From Candidatus Electrothrix yaqonensis (GTDB lineage: Bacteria; Desulfobacterota; Desulfobulbia; Desulfobulbales; Desulfobulbaceae): 24,000 bases of DNA. The notes under the pieces are model-generated. The model saw only the letters and a program-made list of their open reading frames with translations. It did not search any database and was not told where the DNA came from. A program made the position numbers and the translations under genes. Shown here in pieces: positions 22,792 to 24,000 of the stretch (positions are counted from its first letter, which is position 1; each line of letters starts with the position of its first letter). The DNA lies in assembly GCA_047651235.1 (NCBI GenBank), contig CP178758.1, positions 102,774 through 126,773 on the forward strand. Reading direction: 5' to 3'.

Positions 22792-23295
22792 TTGACAGAG
22801 GAGCACCCAGGCCGCCCTGTCAGAAATTCTGAATACGTAAAGCGTGTAAGTGAATCTGTGGAAGCAACCGGATACGAAAAGGATTTTTATTCATGGGCGA
22901 TGCAGAATGCTGCTTTGCTCCGCGAACGGAGGCTGCAGGAAATTGATACGGAGAATATAGCAGAAGAGCTTGAGGCGATGGGTAAAAAAGAAAGGAGAGA
23001 ACTCATCAGCCGTCTGAGCGTCCTGATTGCCCATCTGCTGAAATGGCCGTATCAGGCTGTAAGAAGATCGAGAAGCTGGAAAAATACTGTCTCAACGCAG
23101 CGTATCGATATCAACGAACTCTTTGAAGACAGTCCGAGCCTTCGGCATGGCCTCGGAGAGACAATAAAAAAGGCGTATAAAAAAGCGGTGCTGAAGGCGG
23201 AGGATGAAACCGGTATCGCCAAGGAGCAGTTTCCCGGAAATTGTCCGTTTTCAGCTGAAGAAATACTCAATGAAGATTTTTTCCCGCAGGAATAG
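22792..23295 (+). CDS. DUF29 family protein
   Basis: Shows YEKDFYSWAMQNAALLRERRLQEIDTENIAEELEAMGKKERRELISRLSVLIAHLLKWPYQ, the DUF29 signature from memory. The real start may be the in-frame GTG at 22858. Confidence 0.7.
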   Translation: MTEEHPGRPVRNSEYVKRVSESVEATGYEKDFYSWAMQNAALLRERRLQEIDTENIAEELEAMGKKERRELISRLSVLIAHLLKWPYQAVRRSRSWKNTVSTQRIDINELFEDSPSLRHGLGETIKKAYKKAVLKAEDETGIAKEQFPGNCPFSAEEILNEDFFPQE

Positions 23296-23306
23296 CAGGG
23301 GGCAGG

Positions 23307-23330
23307 GGAGAAAAAAGGAGCCTTTTCTCC
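23307..23330 (+). other. hairpin GGAGAAAA-(8 nt)-TTTTCTCC between the DUF29 gene and nuoD
   Basis: 8-bp stem seen directly in the sequence. No U-tract follows, so its role (weak terminator or leader structure) is undetermined. Confidence 0.25.
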
Positions 23331-23357
23331 TGACGGTAACCTATCTAACGTATCGAC

Positions 23358-24000
23358 ATGCAATCACTTGAAAAGTACAGAGCGGACAACGCCCTCCCGG
23401 AAGGATTCAGGCTGCCCCTTTCAGAGGAAAAGGATGCCGAAGATTTTTTTGTCAATATCGGGCCGCAGCATCCCAGCACCCACGGCGTGCTGCGGGTGGT
23501 TGTCCGGCTGAACGGCGAGACCATTGTGGAGGCGGTGCCGCATCTCGGTTATATTCATCGCGGCATTGAAAAAATGGCCGAGAACCAGACCTATATCCAG
23601 AATATCCACCTGACGGACCGGCTTGACTATGTCTCTGCCTTTTTCAACAACCTCTGTTTCTGCCTGGTTGTGGAACAGGCTCTGGATATCGGCGTGCCTG
23701 AGCGCGGCGAGTACATCCGGGTGATGATCTGCGAGCTGCAGCGGCTGCAGTCGCATCTGCTCTGGTGGGGCGTCATGGGCATGGATCTGGGCGGTTTTAC
23801 CCCGTTTCTCTACGGCTTCCGGGAACGGGAGATGATTACGGATATTTTTGAAGAACTCTGCGGCGCCCGCCTGACCATGAATTTCTTCCGGCCCGGCGGT
23901 TCTTCCTTTGACGCTCCGGACACCTTTATTCCTAGGGTGAAAAACGTGATCAAGGTGATGTACAAAGCTCTTGATGAATATAACACCCTGCTCAGCGGCA
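23358..24000 (+). CDS. nuoD: NADH-quinone oxidoreductase subunit D (49-kDa subunit), 3' end beyond the window
   Basis: Not in the ORF track because there is no stop in the window. My translation from ATG 23358 gives MQSLEKYRADNALPEGFRLPLSEEKDAEDFFVNIGPQHPSTHGVLRVVVRLNGETIVEAVPHLGYIHRGIEKMAENQTY...ELQRLQSHLLWWG...GARLTMNFFRPGG. The GPQHPSTHGVLR block marks NuoD rather than a NiFe-hydrogenase large subunit. Confidence 0.85.
   Translation, partial: MQSLEKYRADNALPEGFRLPLSEEKDAEDFFVNIGPQHPSTHGVLRVVVRLNGETIVEAVPHLGYIHRGIEKMAENQTYIQNIHLTDRLDYVSAFFNNLCFCLVVEQALDIGVPERGEYIRVMICELQRLQSHLLWWGVMGMDLGGFTPFLYGFREREMITDIFEELCGARLTMNFFRPGGSSFDAPDTFIPRVKNVIKVMYKALDEYNTLLSG

Overview
This is a 24-kb bacterial chromosomal window. 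All calls come from reading the sequence and the ORF track by eye. No searches were run, GC values are hand counts on sampled 60-nt lines, and taxonomy cannot be established. Positions 1-12,021 are an almost unbroken minus-strand run of core genes: glgC-like (partial), a DHH/DHHA1 phosphoesterase, xerD, rpsU, hisD, a DUF2058 protein, a CNNM/CBS transporter, an in-frame MobB + Fe-alcohol dehydrogenase ORF, a Uma2 nuclease and argS. From about 12.2 to 21.2 kb the content becomes accessory and compositionally patchy. It holds (i) two tandem paralogous four-TM proteins of unknown function. It holds (ii) a ~0.75-kb graveyard of transposase remnants. It holds (iii) a ~40% GC stand-alone HHxxxDG acyltransferase butted onto a ~57% GC DrrAB-like ABC-2 exporter. 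It holds (iv) a high-GC two-gene module. The two-gene module is the best candidate system. A 119-aa helical protein ends in IGVIGDHAKVKGGIHF, and the adjacent NB-ARC + TPR STAND/NLR protein begins with IGIIGDKAKVEGGIHF. This is the architecture of an amyloid-signalling effector/NLR pair (fungal HET-S/NWD2 type, bacterial Bell/BASS type). The right edge carries a membrane metallophosphoesterase, a DUF29 protein and a partial nuoD. I recognised no rRNA, tRNA or CRISPR array.
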